Assembly: GCA_045580755.1 (NCBI GenBank)
Contig: JAZNOI010000042.1
Location: 2,758 to 66,757, forward strand
Length of the DNA stretch: 64,000 bases
From: Eubacteriales bacterium
GTDB taxonomy: Bacteria > Bacillota > Clostridia > Oscillospirales > CAG-272
Direction of reading: 5' to 3'
Shown: piece after piece, positions 55,327 to 63,077 of the stretch
Layout of the letters: every line of letters begins with the position of its first letter
Numbering within the stretch: the stretch's first letter is position 1
Program-made: the position numbers and the translations under genes
The notes under the pieces: generated by a model
Told to the model about the DNA's origin: nothing
The model's input: only the letters and a program-made list of their open reading frames with translations
Databases searched by the model: none

Positions 55327-55722
55327 TTAATTGTCTTTTAGGATGCTTGCAGTTCCCAAAACGGTAACGGCAAATACAAGTATCAAACTCCACGTAGGAA
55401 GAAGTGCTACCGCATTTATGATCTTTCCAAGTACCGCCAGCACACCCCACAGGGCAAGGGCTGCCGCCCCGTATGTGAACAGCTTTTTGAATATCCTTTC
55501 TACGTTTATGTCTGCGCCGCCCTTCTTACCCAAGCTGTCTCCACTTAAAGTAGATAACACGAGTAAAAAAATAGCAGCAACGCATCTCAAAGCACCGACC
55601 AGTATACCCTTTTTATGCACTTTTTGGGTGAGTGGATTCCCCTTTTTCGCACTAACTCTTCTATTTAAGGGTACAATAGGTCTCTTATAGTTTATTATTT
55701 TTTCATCAACGTACTTATTCAT
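55327..55722 (-). CDS. Small membrane protein (basic N-terminus, about 3 TM segments), unknown function
   Basis: 131 aa. First gene downstream of the consensus promoter at 55768-55796. Confidence 0.5.
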   Translation of the reverse strand: MNKYVDEKIINYKRPIVPLNRRVSAKKGNPLTQKVHKKGILVGALRCVAAIFLLVLSTLSGDSLGKKGGADINVERIFKKLFTYGAAALALWGVLAVLGKIINAVALLPTWSLILVFAVTVLGTASILKDN

Positions 55723-55767
55723 ATATTTTTCTTCCTCCGTTGTTTACCATTTTTATCTTACGGGTAC

Positions 55768-55796
55768 ATTATACTCCACTTTTAGTAGAATGTCAA
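55768..55796 (-). promoter_or_regulatory. Consensus sigma-A promoter driving the three small ORFs
   Basis: On the minus strand: TTGACA, exactly 17 nt, TATAAT. Operator-like repeat R1 lies in the spacer. Confidence 0.65.
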
Positions 55797-55851
55797 TACT
55801 TTTGGTAGAATTTTTTTAAAATCCCTTGACTTTTTTCTACTTTTAGTATAC
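55778..55851. promoter_or_regulatory. Three operator-like repeats ACTTTT(A/G)GTA(G/T)A
   Basis: R1 at 55778-55791, R2 at 55798-55811, R3 at 55839-55851, spaced 20 and 41 bp apart. The R3 core TACTTTTAGTA is a TACT-N3-AGTA palindrome overlapping the -10 of the repressor promoter. Confidence 0.45.
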
Positions 55852-55854
55852 AAT
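55826..55854 (+). promoter_or_regulatory. Promoter of the XRE/S24 repressor gene
   Basis: TTGACT, 17 nt, TACAAT. Confidence 0.6.
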
Positions 55855-55879
55855 ATCATCAGAGGGAGTGATCATATTT

Positions 55880-56506
55880 ATGACGATTGGAAAGAGAATC
55901 AAGCGTCTGCGCGAAAAAAAAGGGTATACGCAAGCTGAATTCGGAAAGCTGCTCGGTCTGTCTGACAAAGCGGTTTCCACCTGGGAAAATGACGTAAAGA
56001 TCCCCAGAATGTCCACATTGCAAAGAATAGCCGATATCTTTTGTGTTTCCACAAGTTATCTTGTTGGCGAACGCGAGGAGAAAAACCACAGAGGCGCGGT
56101 TAAGATACCCGTAATGGGTAACGTTGCGGCCGGTACGCCGATAACTGCTATTCAGGAATATATAGACGTAGCTGATTCCGATACGTGGGAGGAGATCCCT
56201 GAAGCACTTGCTTCGACGGGAGAATTCTTCGCACTGCGCATTAACGGCGACAGTATGGAGCCCAAGATGTCGAGGGGTGACATCGTCATCGTCAGACAGC
56301 AGTCGGATATTAATTCGGGCGAAATAGGAATAGTTATGGTAGGTGACGGCGAAGCCACCTGTAAAAAGATCAAAAAACGCCCCGACGGAATAATGCTTAT
56401 TTCCACAAATCCGAAATACGAGCCTATGTATTACAATAACGAGCAGATCGAAGAGCTGCCCGTATGTATAATCGGAAAGGTCATAGAGCTTCGAGCAAAA
56501 TTTTAA
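55880..56506 (+). CDS. XRE-family HTH plus S24 peptidase repressor (phage CI / HdiR-like, self-cleaving type)
   Basis: HTH_3 region IGKRIKRLREKKGYTQAEFGKLLGLSDKAVSTWEN. S24 catalytic Ser in INGDSMEP and Lys in ATCKKIKK. Not a canonical LexA winged-helix N-domain. Confidence 0.88.
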   Translation: MTIGKRIKRLREKKGYTQAEFGKLLGLSDKAVSTWENDVKIPRMSTLQRIADIFCVSTSYLVGEREEKNHRGAVKIPVMGNVAAGTPITAIQEYIDVADSDTWEEIPEALASTGEFFALRINGDSMEPKMSRGDIVIVRQQSDINSGEIGIVMVGDGEATCKKIKKRPDGIMLISTNPKYEPMYYNNEQIEELPVCIIGKVIELRAKF

Positions 56507-56516
56507 CAATAAAAAA

Positions 56517-56534
56517 ACACTCCCGTAGGAGTGT
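56517..56534. terminator. Bidirectional terminator between the repressor gene and clpC
   Basis: ACACTCC-CGTA-GGAGTGT flanked by an A-run and a T-run. Confidence 0.75.
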
Positions 56535-56538
56535 TTTT

Positions 56539-58995
56539 TTATTGCTTTTCGTACACTATCTCTCCGTCGACGGCTTTTGCAACTACGCTATCTCCGGCGC
56601 CGAACTTGCCTTCAAGCATTTCGGTCGAGAAGCTGTCTTCGATTTTTCTTTGAATTGTTCTGCGTAAAGGTCTTGCTCCAAACGAAGGATCAAATCCCTC
56701 TTTCGACACGAGTTTCGTAACGCTTTCATCAAAAGTGATCTTGACTCCGATCGTTTCTATGCGTTTTGCAACCTCGCCGAGCATAATGCCCGAGATCTGT
56801 TCAATATTCTCGCTGGTGAGCTTATTAAAAATGATTATTTCATCGATTCGGTTTATAAACTCGGGACGGAACGTTTCTTTAAGATGAGACATAAGAACCG
56901 TTTTTATGTCCGCCTTTTCTTTTTCCGAGTTTTCCGAAGCGAAACCGAGACTTCTTTTCGTTTCAAGAGCCGATGCACCGACGTTTGAGGTCATAATGAT
57001 CACGGTGTTTTTGAAGTCGACCCGTCTGCCCTGGGAGTCGGTCAAGATTCCGTCCTCGAGAACCTGCAAAAGCATATTAAAGACGTCAGGATGCGCTTTT
57101 TCGATTTCGTCAAACAAAACTACCGAATAGGGTTTTCTTCTTATTTTTTCGGTGAGCTGTCCGCCCTCGTCATATCCCACGTATCCGGGAGGCGAACCGA
57201 TGAGTTTTGATACACTGTGCTTTTCCATATACTCGGACATATCGATCCTGATCATTGCATTCGGATCGCCAAACAGTATATCGGCAAGAGCCTTTGTCAA
57301 TTCAGTCTTTCCGACACCGGTAGGACCGAGGAACAAGAAGCTTCCCATAGGTCTCTTGGGATCCTTAAGTCCCATTCTTCCCCTTCTTATAGCTCTCGAC
57401 ACGGCAATTACGGCATCGTCCTGGCCTATTATTCTGTCTTTAAGGATCGAATCCAGATTCAAAAGCTTTTCGCTTTCTTCTTCTGCAAGTTTTTTTACAG
57501 GAATCCCCGTCCATAAAGTTACGATATCGGCGATCTCCTCTTTCGTTACCGAAAGAGTTTCGCCACCGCTTCTGTCTTTCCACTCTTGCTTTGCTTTTTC
57601 GAACTTTTCTTTAAGCTCTTTTTCTTTATCTCTGATCTGCGCCGCCTTTTCAAAGTCCTGCGCTTTTACCGCTTCTTCTTTTTCGGAGGATGCCTTTTTT
57701 ATTTCCTCTTCAATTTCTTTCACTTCGCTCGGCATGGTAAAATTGTTTATCCTGAGTTTTGACGCCGCCTCGTCGATAAGGTCGATCGCCTTATCGGGAA
57801 GATATCTGTCGTTTATATAACGGGTGGAAAGCTTAACGGCTTCTTCTATAGCTTCGTCCGTTATCTTTACTTTGTGATGCGATTCATACTTGTCGCGAAG
57901 TCCTTTCAGGATAAGAACCGCTTCTTCTTTCGTCGGTTCACCCACCATAACGGACTGAAAACGTCTCTCAAGAGCAGAGTCTTTTTCTATATGCTTTCTG
58001 TACTCTTCTATCGTAGTTGCGCCTATGACCTGCATTTCGCCCCTTGCGAGTGCAGGTTTCAGTATATTAGCCGCATCAACGGCACCCTCGGCTGCCCCCG
58101 CCCCGATTATCGTGTGAATCTCGTCCACAAACAGTATAATGTTCGGATTTTTGGCAACCTCAGCCATAACGTTTTTCAGTCTTTCCTCAAACTCTCCCCT
58201 GTATTTTGCACCGGCGATCATCCCCGAAATATCCAAAGTAACGAGCGTTTTTCCGCTGAGCGTCTCGGGAACATTTCCCTCAACTATTTTTTGTGCAAGT
58301 CCTTCGGCAACCGCGGTCTTACCTACACCGGGTTCACCTATTAAACAGGGGTTGTTTTTCGTTCGTCTCGACAAGATCTGTATGACCCTCTGCGTCTCGG
58401 TATCTCTGCCGATAATGGGGTCAAGCTTACCCTCTTTTGCCATTGCAGTCAGGTCTCTTCCGTACTGTTTAAGGGTAGGCGTATCTTTTAAGCTCGACTG
58501 AGCATTACCTTTTTTCTGGTCTGCCGACTTCAAGTTAGACTGATACCCCCCCTCTCCTTCGACACCTCTGACGTAATTAATAAGATCGTTTGCAAGCTCG
58601 GTAATTCCTACACCTTGCGCCGCCAAGATCCTTACCGCAACGCAGTCGCTCTCGGAGAGAAGCCCCAAAAGGAGATGCTCCGTTCCTATATAATTCTGTC
58701 CAAGCTTCATAGCCTGGTATGCCGACGATTCAATTATTTTCTTTGTGCGTGGGGTCATATCGGCTGCGCCAACGTCGCTGGGCGAGCCCTTCCCCGATAT
58801 TTCTTTAACCATTTCCAAAGCGTTGTCAAGCGATGCCGAACGAGCCAGAAGAAGCTTTGATGCCATTCCGTCTCCCTCGCTCAAAAGACCGAGCAAGAGA
58901 TGTTCGCTTCCGACGTACGTGTGTCCGAATTTTCTCGCATATTCAAGCGCTTTATCAAGCGCATTTTGCGCTGACTGTGTAAATCTGCTGTTCAT
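56539..58995 (-). CDS. clpC: ATP-dependent Clp protease ATP-binding subunit ClpC
   Basis: 818 aa. Clp_N repeats, Walker [10 protein letters not shown] and [12 protein letters not shown]-like linker. Confidence 0.96.
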   Translation of the reverse strand: MNSRFTQSAQNALDKALEYARKFGHTYVGSEHLLLGLLSEGDGMASKLLLARSASLDNALEMVKEISGKGSPSDVGAADMTPRTKKIIESSAYQAMKLGQNYIGTEHLLLGLLSESDCVAVRILAAQGVGITELANDLINYVRGVEGEGGYQSNLKSADQKKGNAQSSLKDTPTLKQYGRDLTAMAKEGKLDPIIGRDTETQRVIQILSRRTKNNPCLIGEPGVGKTAVAEGLAQKIVEGNVPETLSGKTLVTLDISGMIAGAKYRGEFEERLKNVMAEVAKNPNIILFVDEIHTIIGAGAAEGAVDAANILKPALARGEMQVIGATTIEEYRKHIEKDSALERRFQSVMVGEPTKEEAVLILKGLRDKYESHHKVKITDEAIEEAVKLSTRYINDRYLPDKAIDLIDEAASKLRINNFTMPSEVKEIEEEIKKASSEKEEAVKAQDFEKAAQIRDKEKELKEKFEKAKQEWKDRSGGETLSVTKEEIADIVTLWTGIPVKKLAEEESEKLLNLDSILKDRIIGQDDAVIAVSRAIRRGRMGLKDPKRPMGSFLFLGPTGVGKTELTKALADILFGDPNAMIRIDMSEYMEKHSVSKLIGSPPGYVGYDEGGQLTEKIRRKPYSVVLFDEIEKAHPDVFNMLLQVLEDGILTDSQGRRVDFKNTVIIMTSNVGASALETKRSLGFASENSEKEKADIKTVLMSHLKETFRPEFINRIDEIIIFNKLTSENIEQISGIMLGEVAKRIETIGVKITFDESVTKLVSKEGFDPSFGARPLRRTIQRKIEDSFSTEMLEGKFGAGDSVVAKAVDGEIVYEKQ

Positions 58996-59018
58996 TTATA
59001 TACGCCCTTTCATAGTTT

Positions 59019-60029
59019 TTATGCCAATTCTTTTCTTATATAGTCTGCTCTCAAAATGTCTCTTTCGCTGTCGCTTATATTTTTTCCGCCGTTACGCAAA
59101 ATGAGGTTGGCAGGCAAAACGCCTATCATTATTTCGCCCATTTTCTCGTACGTCAGCCCTTCCGTTATGCCTAACGCTATACCGAGTCTTACGTCGGAAA
59201 ACAGTCTCATAAACTCTTTCGAGCTGATAATTCTTGCATATTTCAATATTCCGTACGATCTGCCCACTCTGTCCGCCAGCGCCGAATAGCTATCACTCTT
59301 TATGTTATTTCGCGCTGCCCTCTCTTTTTCGCATATCTGCATAACGATATCATTCAGCTTTTTGATCGTATCCTCTTCGGTAACGCCCATAGTTACGCGA
59401 TTTGATATCTGATACAAGCAACCGTCGGGCTCAGATCCCTCGCCGTACATACCGCGTATAACAAGCCCGAGGTTCGATAATTGAACTGACAGTCTCTCTA
59501 TCGAACGCGTCATCGTCAATGCAGGCAAGAAAAGCATAACCGACGCTCTCATACCAAGGCCGAGATTTGTGGGGCAATGGGTCAAATACCCAAGCTCGCT
59601 GTCAAAAGCTATGTTCAGCTTTTCGTCAAGCATTTCATCGTAAACGCAAGAAGTTCTGTACGCCTCGTCGAGCGAAAGCCCCGGAAGTATACACTGTAGT
59701 CTTATGTGATCTTCTTCGCACACCATGACCGAAACGTTCTGTTTTTTGTTTTTAAGTAATGCGTGAGGTCTTCTTTTCTTTGCAAAATTGGGACTTATAT
59801 AATGTTTTTCGACCAATGCGTATGCTTCAACCGATGATAAAGCCGAAACATCAATTTTCTCAAATCCGTCTCCAAGAGCCGATTCAACCTTTTCTATAAC
59901 TTCTCTGCAAGAGGTTTCGTCAATCATCGTATCAAACGGGTAATCGGCTATGTTTCTTGCAAATCTTATTCTCGAACTAACGACAACGTCGTTTTCTTTG
60001 CCAATTTCATTGTACCAAGACATACCCAT
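59019..60029 (-). CDS. mcsB: Protein arginine kinase McsB
   Basis: Guanidino kinase motif CPTNLGLGMRASVMLFLP. Conserved operon position. Confidence 0.92.
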   Translation of the reverse strand: MGMSWYNEIGKENDVVVSSRIRFARNIADYPFDTMIDETSCREVIEKVESALGDGFEKIDVSALSSVEAYALVEKHYISPNFAKKRRPHALLKNKKQNVSVMVCEEDHIRLQCILPGLSLDEAYRTSCVYDEMLDEKLNIAFDSELGYLTHCPTNLGLGMRASVMLFLPALTMTRSIERLSVQLSNLGLVIRGMYGEGSEPDGCLYQISNRVTMGVTEEDTIKKLNDIVMQICEKERAARNNIKSDSYSALADRVGRSYGILKYARIISSKEFMRLFSDVRLGIALGITEGLTYEKMGEIMIGVLPANLILRNGGKNISDSERDILRADYIRKELA

Positions 60030-60037
60030 AAACCTCC

Positions 60038-60568
60038 TTATTTACCGTTCTCTATACTACGTATTTCGTCACGCAGTTCTGCCGCTTTTTCAAATTCCTG
60101 TTTTTCGATGGCAAAATCAAGTTCTTTCTTCAAAGCTTTTATTTTATCTTCTTTTGTTTGGAGCTTTTCGAATTTTTTCGGGCGTTTGCCAACATATTTT
60201 GCTTTTCCGTGGATACCCTCGACCGTTCTCTTCAGCTCTTCGGAAAAGACCTTGTAACATTCGGCACAGCCGACTCTGCCATTCTTTACAAGATCATCAA
60301 AGGTGGACGAACACAGAGTACATTTCTTTTTCTCGGCGATCTGCGGTCTCTTTTTGTCATAATGTATACCGAAAAGATCATCGAGTCCCTCTATTTTGAA
60401 CCCAAAATCCATATCGTCAAACAGTGTCGGGAATTTCAAATTAAGCTTGCCCGATTTTTGCAGCTCCTCCGCACATTTTGAGCAAAGCGCATATTCTTGA
60501 GTCTGACCGTTTACAGTTTGTTTATAGTATATTTCAGCATTGTTTTTTCCGCAGTTCTTACAGATCAT
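60038..60568 (-). CDS. mcsA: McsA (zinc-finger / UVR-motif activator of McsB)
   Basis: N-terminal CKNC...CSKC fingers, second CTLC...CAEC pair, C-terminal UVR motif FEKAAELRDEI. Confidence 0.87.
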   Translation of the reverse strand: MICKNCGKNNAEIYYKQTVNGQTQEYALCSKCAEELQKSGKLNLKFPTLFDDMDFGFKIEGLDDLFGIHYDKKRPQIAEKKKCTLCSSTFDDLVKNGRVGCAECYKVFSEELKRTVEGIHGKAKYVGKRPKKFEKLQTKEDKIKALKKELDFAIEKQEFEKAAELRDEIRSIENGK

Positions 60569-60620
60569 AACGTTTTCTCCTTTTCCAAATCTTTTAAAAA
60601 AATCATTTCATATCTTAATA

Positions 60621-61073
60621 TTACTTCATAAGTCTCAAAATAATATGGCGTAATATGTCGGCTCTGATAGTATTTCTCGGCGCTGACGGAAGCTTCGCCA
60701 AAGCGGTGTTGGAAACCGTGCTCGATAACAAAACGTATTCCCTTTCGGTGATTACTTCTTTATCGTAAAGATTACCGAGGAATGCAATCGCCTCTTTTTC
60801 GCCAACACTATCCCCGATCGCATACAAAAAGTGCATAAGATACTCGTCCTTACCCATCTGTTTTCGGATAATTCTGATATACCCACCGCCGCCGCGCCGG
60901 CTTTCGATTATATACCCTCTTTCGGGTGTGAAACGTGAAGTGATAACGTAGTTTATCTGGCTTGGAACGCATCCGAGCTGACCCGCAAGGTCATTTCTCT
61001 TTATCTCGGTCTCCCCCTGCCCCTCGTTTATCATTTCTTCTATTATTTTTGCAATAGCATCGGATATAAGCAT
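60621..61073 (-). CDS. ctsR: Class III heat-shock repressor CtsR
   Basis: VPSQINYVITSRFTPERGYIIESRRGGGGYIRI. Confidence 0.93.
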   Translation of the reverse strand: MLISDAIAKIIEEMINEGQGETEIKRNDLAGQLGCVPSQINYVITSRFTPERGYIIESRRGGGGYIRIIRKQMGKDEYLMHFLYAIGDSVGEKEAIAFLGNLYDKEVITEREYVLLSSTVSNTALAKLPSAPRNTIRADILRHIILRLMK

Positions 61074-61095
61074 TTTCTATCTCCTTTCCAATCGG

Positions 61096-61112
61096 TTTGA
61101 CCTTCTTTGACT
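61096..61112 (-). promoter_or_regulatory. CtsR operator AGTCAAAGAAGGTCAAA (heptad direct repeat)
   Basis: Matches (A/G)GTCAAA-NAN-(A/G)GTCAAA on the gene strand, just downstream of the -10. Confidence 0.8.
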
Positions 61113-61127
61113 TTCGCTTTCATATGC

Positions 61128-61156
61128 ATTATAACACAAAGGTCAAAGAAAGTCAA
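61128..61156 (-). promoter_or_regulatory. ctsR operon promoter
   Basis: On the minus strand: TTGACT, 17 nt (TGt), TATAAT. Confidence 0.7.
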
Positions 61157-61157
61157 G
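61141..61157 (+). promoter_or_regulatory. Second CtsR box GGTCAAAGAAAGTCAAG in inverted orientation, overlapping the -35
   Basis: Read on the plus strand. One mismatch to the heptad repeat consensus. Confidence 0.7.
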
Positions 61158-61220
61158 GTCGAATTTTGATTTTCTTATTTTTTTATTATGATCTCGTTTT
61201 GCAGTCTGTACACAGCAAAA

Positions 61221-61241
61221 AACCGTGCATTCAGCACGGTT
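61221..61241 (-). terminator. Terminator after the SleC-like paralog
   Basis: AACCGTGC-ATTCA-GCACGGTT abutting the stop, with TTTTTT on the minus strand. Confidence 0.7.
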
Positions 61242-62611
61242 CAGCTTATATTTCCTGCAATTATTGCATTATACACGCCGGTTATGGCATTCCAAGTCGT
61301 CGAGGTAACGACCCCCGAGTCTTTTATTCCAATTATTTTTTGAAACTCCTTTACGGCATTTTCAGTCTTTTCGTCAAATATACCGCTCACATCTACGTCA
61401 GATAAGAATCCGTATGTGTTTCCGATGCTTTTTAAATACTCTTGCAAATACCGCACATCGGCGCCCTCGCTTCCCAAAATGAGTATGCTTCCGAAATAAT
61501 CGTACGCATCCCCACCAAAAGAAGTCGGTGGCAACGCAGAATAAAGTCCTGTATATACGCTTCTCAAAATCTCCCACACCTCTTCGGTAACAACTCCGTC
61601 AGGAGAAAGACCGAATATTTTTTGAAAAGCCGTTACCGATTGATATGTATTTTCACCAAAAACACCTATTATTTGCAAAGGCGGCACCCTGCTCTCGTAC
61701 GCCGAAACAAGAGATAAATAATACTGTAAAAGCTTTACTGTATTACCCACACTTCCGTATTTCAGCTCCGAACGCAGTTCGGGCAATATGTCGGAAAGCT
61801 CTTTTCCGGCCTTTACAAGATCGGCAAGCCGCGAGATCGAGGTGTATACGTAAAGCAGCTTATAATACGTGGTTTTTTCAACGATCCCCGTTTGTTCAAG
61901 GTCAAATATTCTCTGAAACTCTTTTACGGCTTGCGTCGTCGTGCTTCCGTAGATATCATCCGAAAAATCAACTTTGGGGATTGTTGAATAGTTCGATCCT
62001 ATCCTGTTTAACGCAACGTTTAATGAGGTAACTTTATTCCCGCTTTCTCCGGGATATATGGGATATAAAAGCGCCAGATCATTTTTAAGTCCGCTTACCT
62101 CCGACTTTTTGGCTATGTAAATATCCCTGCCGAAATAATATTTCAGTATATCTTCATATCCCTGTCCGTTTTCAGCCATTTCAATACTTCCCTCAACCGA
62201 CAGTCCACTGCACCGTAATCCTTCGTAACAAATATCTGCATCTATCGGATAACTGTCCGCGTCCCGCGAAACATACTCATTAAATATACTGTCGGCAATT
62301 CGGTTTACGTTGTCGTACACGGGATAGTTATATTCATACGCTTGGTCATACGTCGGATCTGACGTTATGTCAAATGAGTATCCCCTTTTTCTGTACACTC
62401 CGTTTATAATTCTGTTCAAAGCTAAAGTGACTTGAGCATACATTACGGCATATAAAGCCTCTTCCGGCATATTGGGATCGACCAACATCGACGAAACACT
62501 TTTTATGTAGTCAGGAAAGCTTACGTATACGTTTTCGCCTATATCGTCCGGCTCACCTATATGTACCGTTATATAGGCGGGTATATCAGGAAAAGAATAT
62601 AATCCGTTCAT
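61241..62611 (-). CDS. SleC-like paralog lacking the N-terminal pre-domain; carries three PG_binding_1-type repeats
   Basis: ITVHIGEPDDIGENVYVSFPDYIKSV...RKRGYSFDITS aligns with the core of the 19261-20511 protein. Three xDGxxGxxTxxAVKxFQ repeats. Confidence 0.72.
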   Translation of the reverse strand: MNGLYSFPDIPAYITVHIGEPDDIGENVYVSFPDYIKSVSSMLVDPNMPEEALYAVMYAQVTLALNRIINGVYRKRGYSFDITSDPTYDQAYEYNYPVYDNVNRIADSIFNEYVSRDADSYPIDADICYEGLRCSGLSVEGSIEMAENGQGYEDILKYYFGRDIYIAKKSEVSGLKNDLALLYPIYPGESGNKVTSLNVALNRIGSNYSTIPKVDFSDDIYGSTTTQAVKEFQRIFDLEQTGIVEKTTYYKLLYVYTSISRLADLVKAGKELSDILPELRSELKYGSVGNTVKLLQYYLSLVSAYESRVPPLQIIGVFGENTYQSVTAFQKIFGLSPDGVVTEEVWEILRSVYTGLYSALPPTSFGGDAYDYFGSILILGSEGADVRYLQEYLKSIGNTYGFLSDVDVSGIFDEKTENAVKEFQKIIGIKDSGVVTSTTWNAITGVYNAIIAGNIS

Positions 62612-62635
62612 AGATGATCCCCCATATTCTTTTTT

Positions 62636-62911
62636 TTATATATTGATAAGAGGAAAAAGATTTACGCTTTGTACCGTCGTTCTGTTTGCAACTATCGGTA
62701 TGTCTTCAATGACCGCCTCCATAAATCCGTCTGCAGATATGACGGCACGGTGCTTCCCGATATTCAAAGCAACACCCGAAATTTTTCCGTCATTACCCGT
62801 TCTGTAAACAATATTTTCATCAATTCTTACCTCAGCATTCGGAATCGGCGATGCGGAATCCGCATAACGAACGTTTACGACAAGAAACGATCTACTGTCC
62901 CCACGATTCAG
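62636..62911 (-). CDS. ORF absent from the track: 91-codon ORF homologous to the SleC N-terminal domain, with no ATG/GTG/TTG start (CTG candidate) or a pseudogene fragment
   Basis: Hand translation gives (L)NRGDSRSFLVVNVRYADSASPIPNAEVRIDENIVYRTGNDGKISGVALNIGKHRAVISADGFMEAVIEDIPIVANRTTVQSVNLFPLINI. AAAGGGGGAG lies 5 nt before the CTG at 62911. In-frame TAG just upstream. Stop lies 24 nt before the downstream ATG. Confidence 0.45.
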   Translation of the reverse strand: MNRGDSRSFLVVNVRYADSASPIPNAEVRIDENIVYRTGNDGKISGVALNIGKHRAVISADGFMEAVIEDIPIVANRTTVQSVNLFPLINI

Positions 62912-63077
62912 ATGATCTCCCCCTTTCTAAAACTGCTATTCTTATGATAATAATATGACACTTATTTAATATTTGTGATTTACTAAACCGCTAATTGAGT
63001 TTTCGAATAATATAAACAGATGATTTATTGATTTTTTCAATTTATTGTTTATACTATAAGTATAGGCGGTGAATAAT

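Noticed and set aside
55880-56506. Calling this protein LexA and looking for a Cheo/SOS box (GAAC-N4-GTTC).
   Set aside because: The N-terminal domain is an XRE-type HTH rather than the LexA winged helix. No GAAC-N4-GTTC motif is present in the divergent region. It is therefore annotated as a CI/HdiR-like S24 repressor.
62669-62947. 92-aa + strand ORF between the SleC-like paralog and the HTH/kinase gene.
   Set aside because: It is antisense to the frame that shows homology to the SleC N-terminal domain, and its product has no recognisable features.
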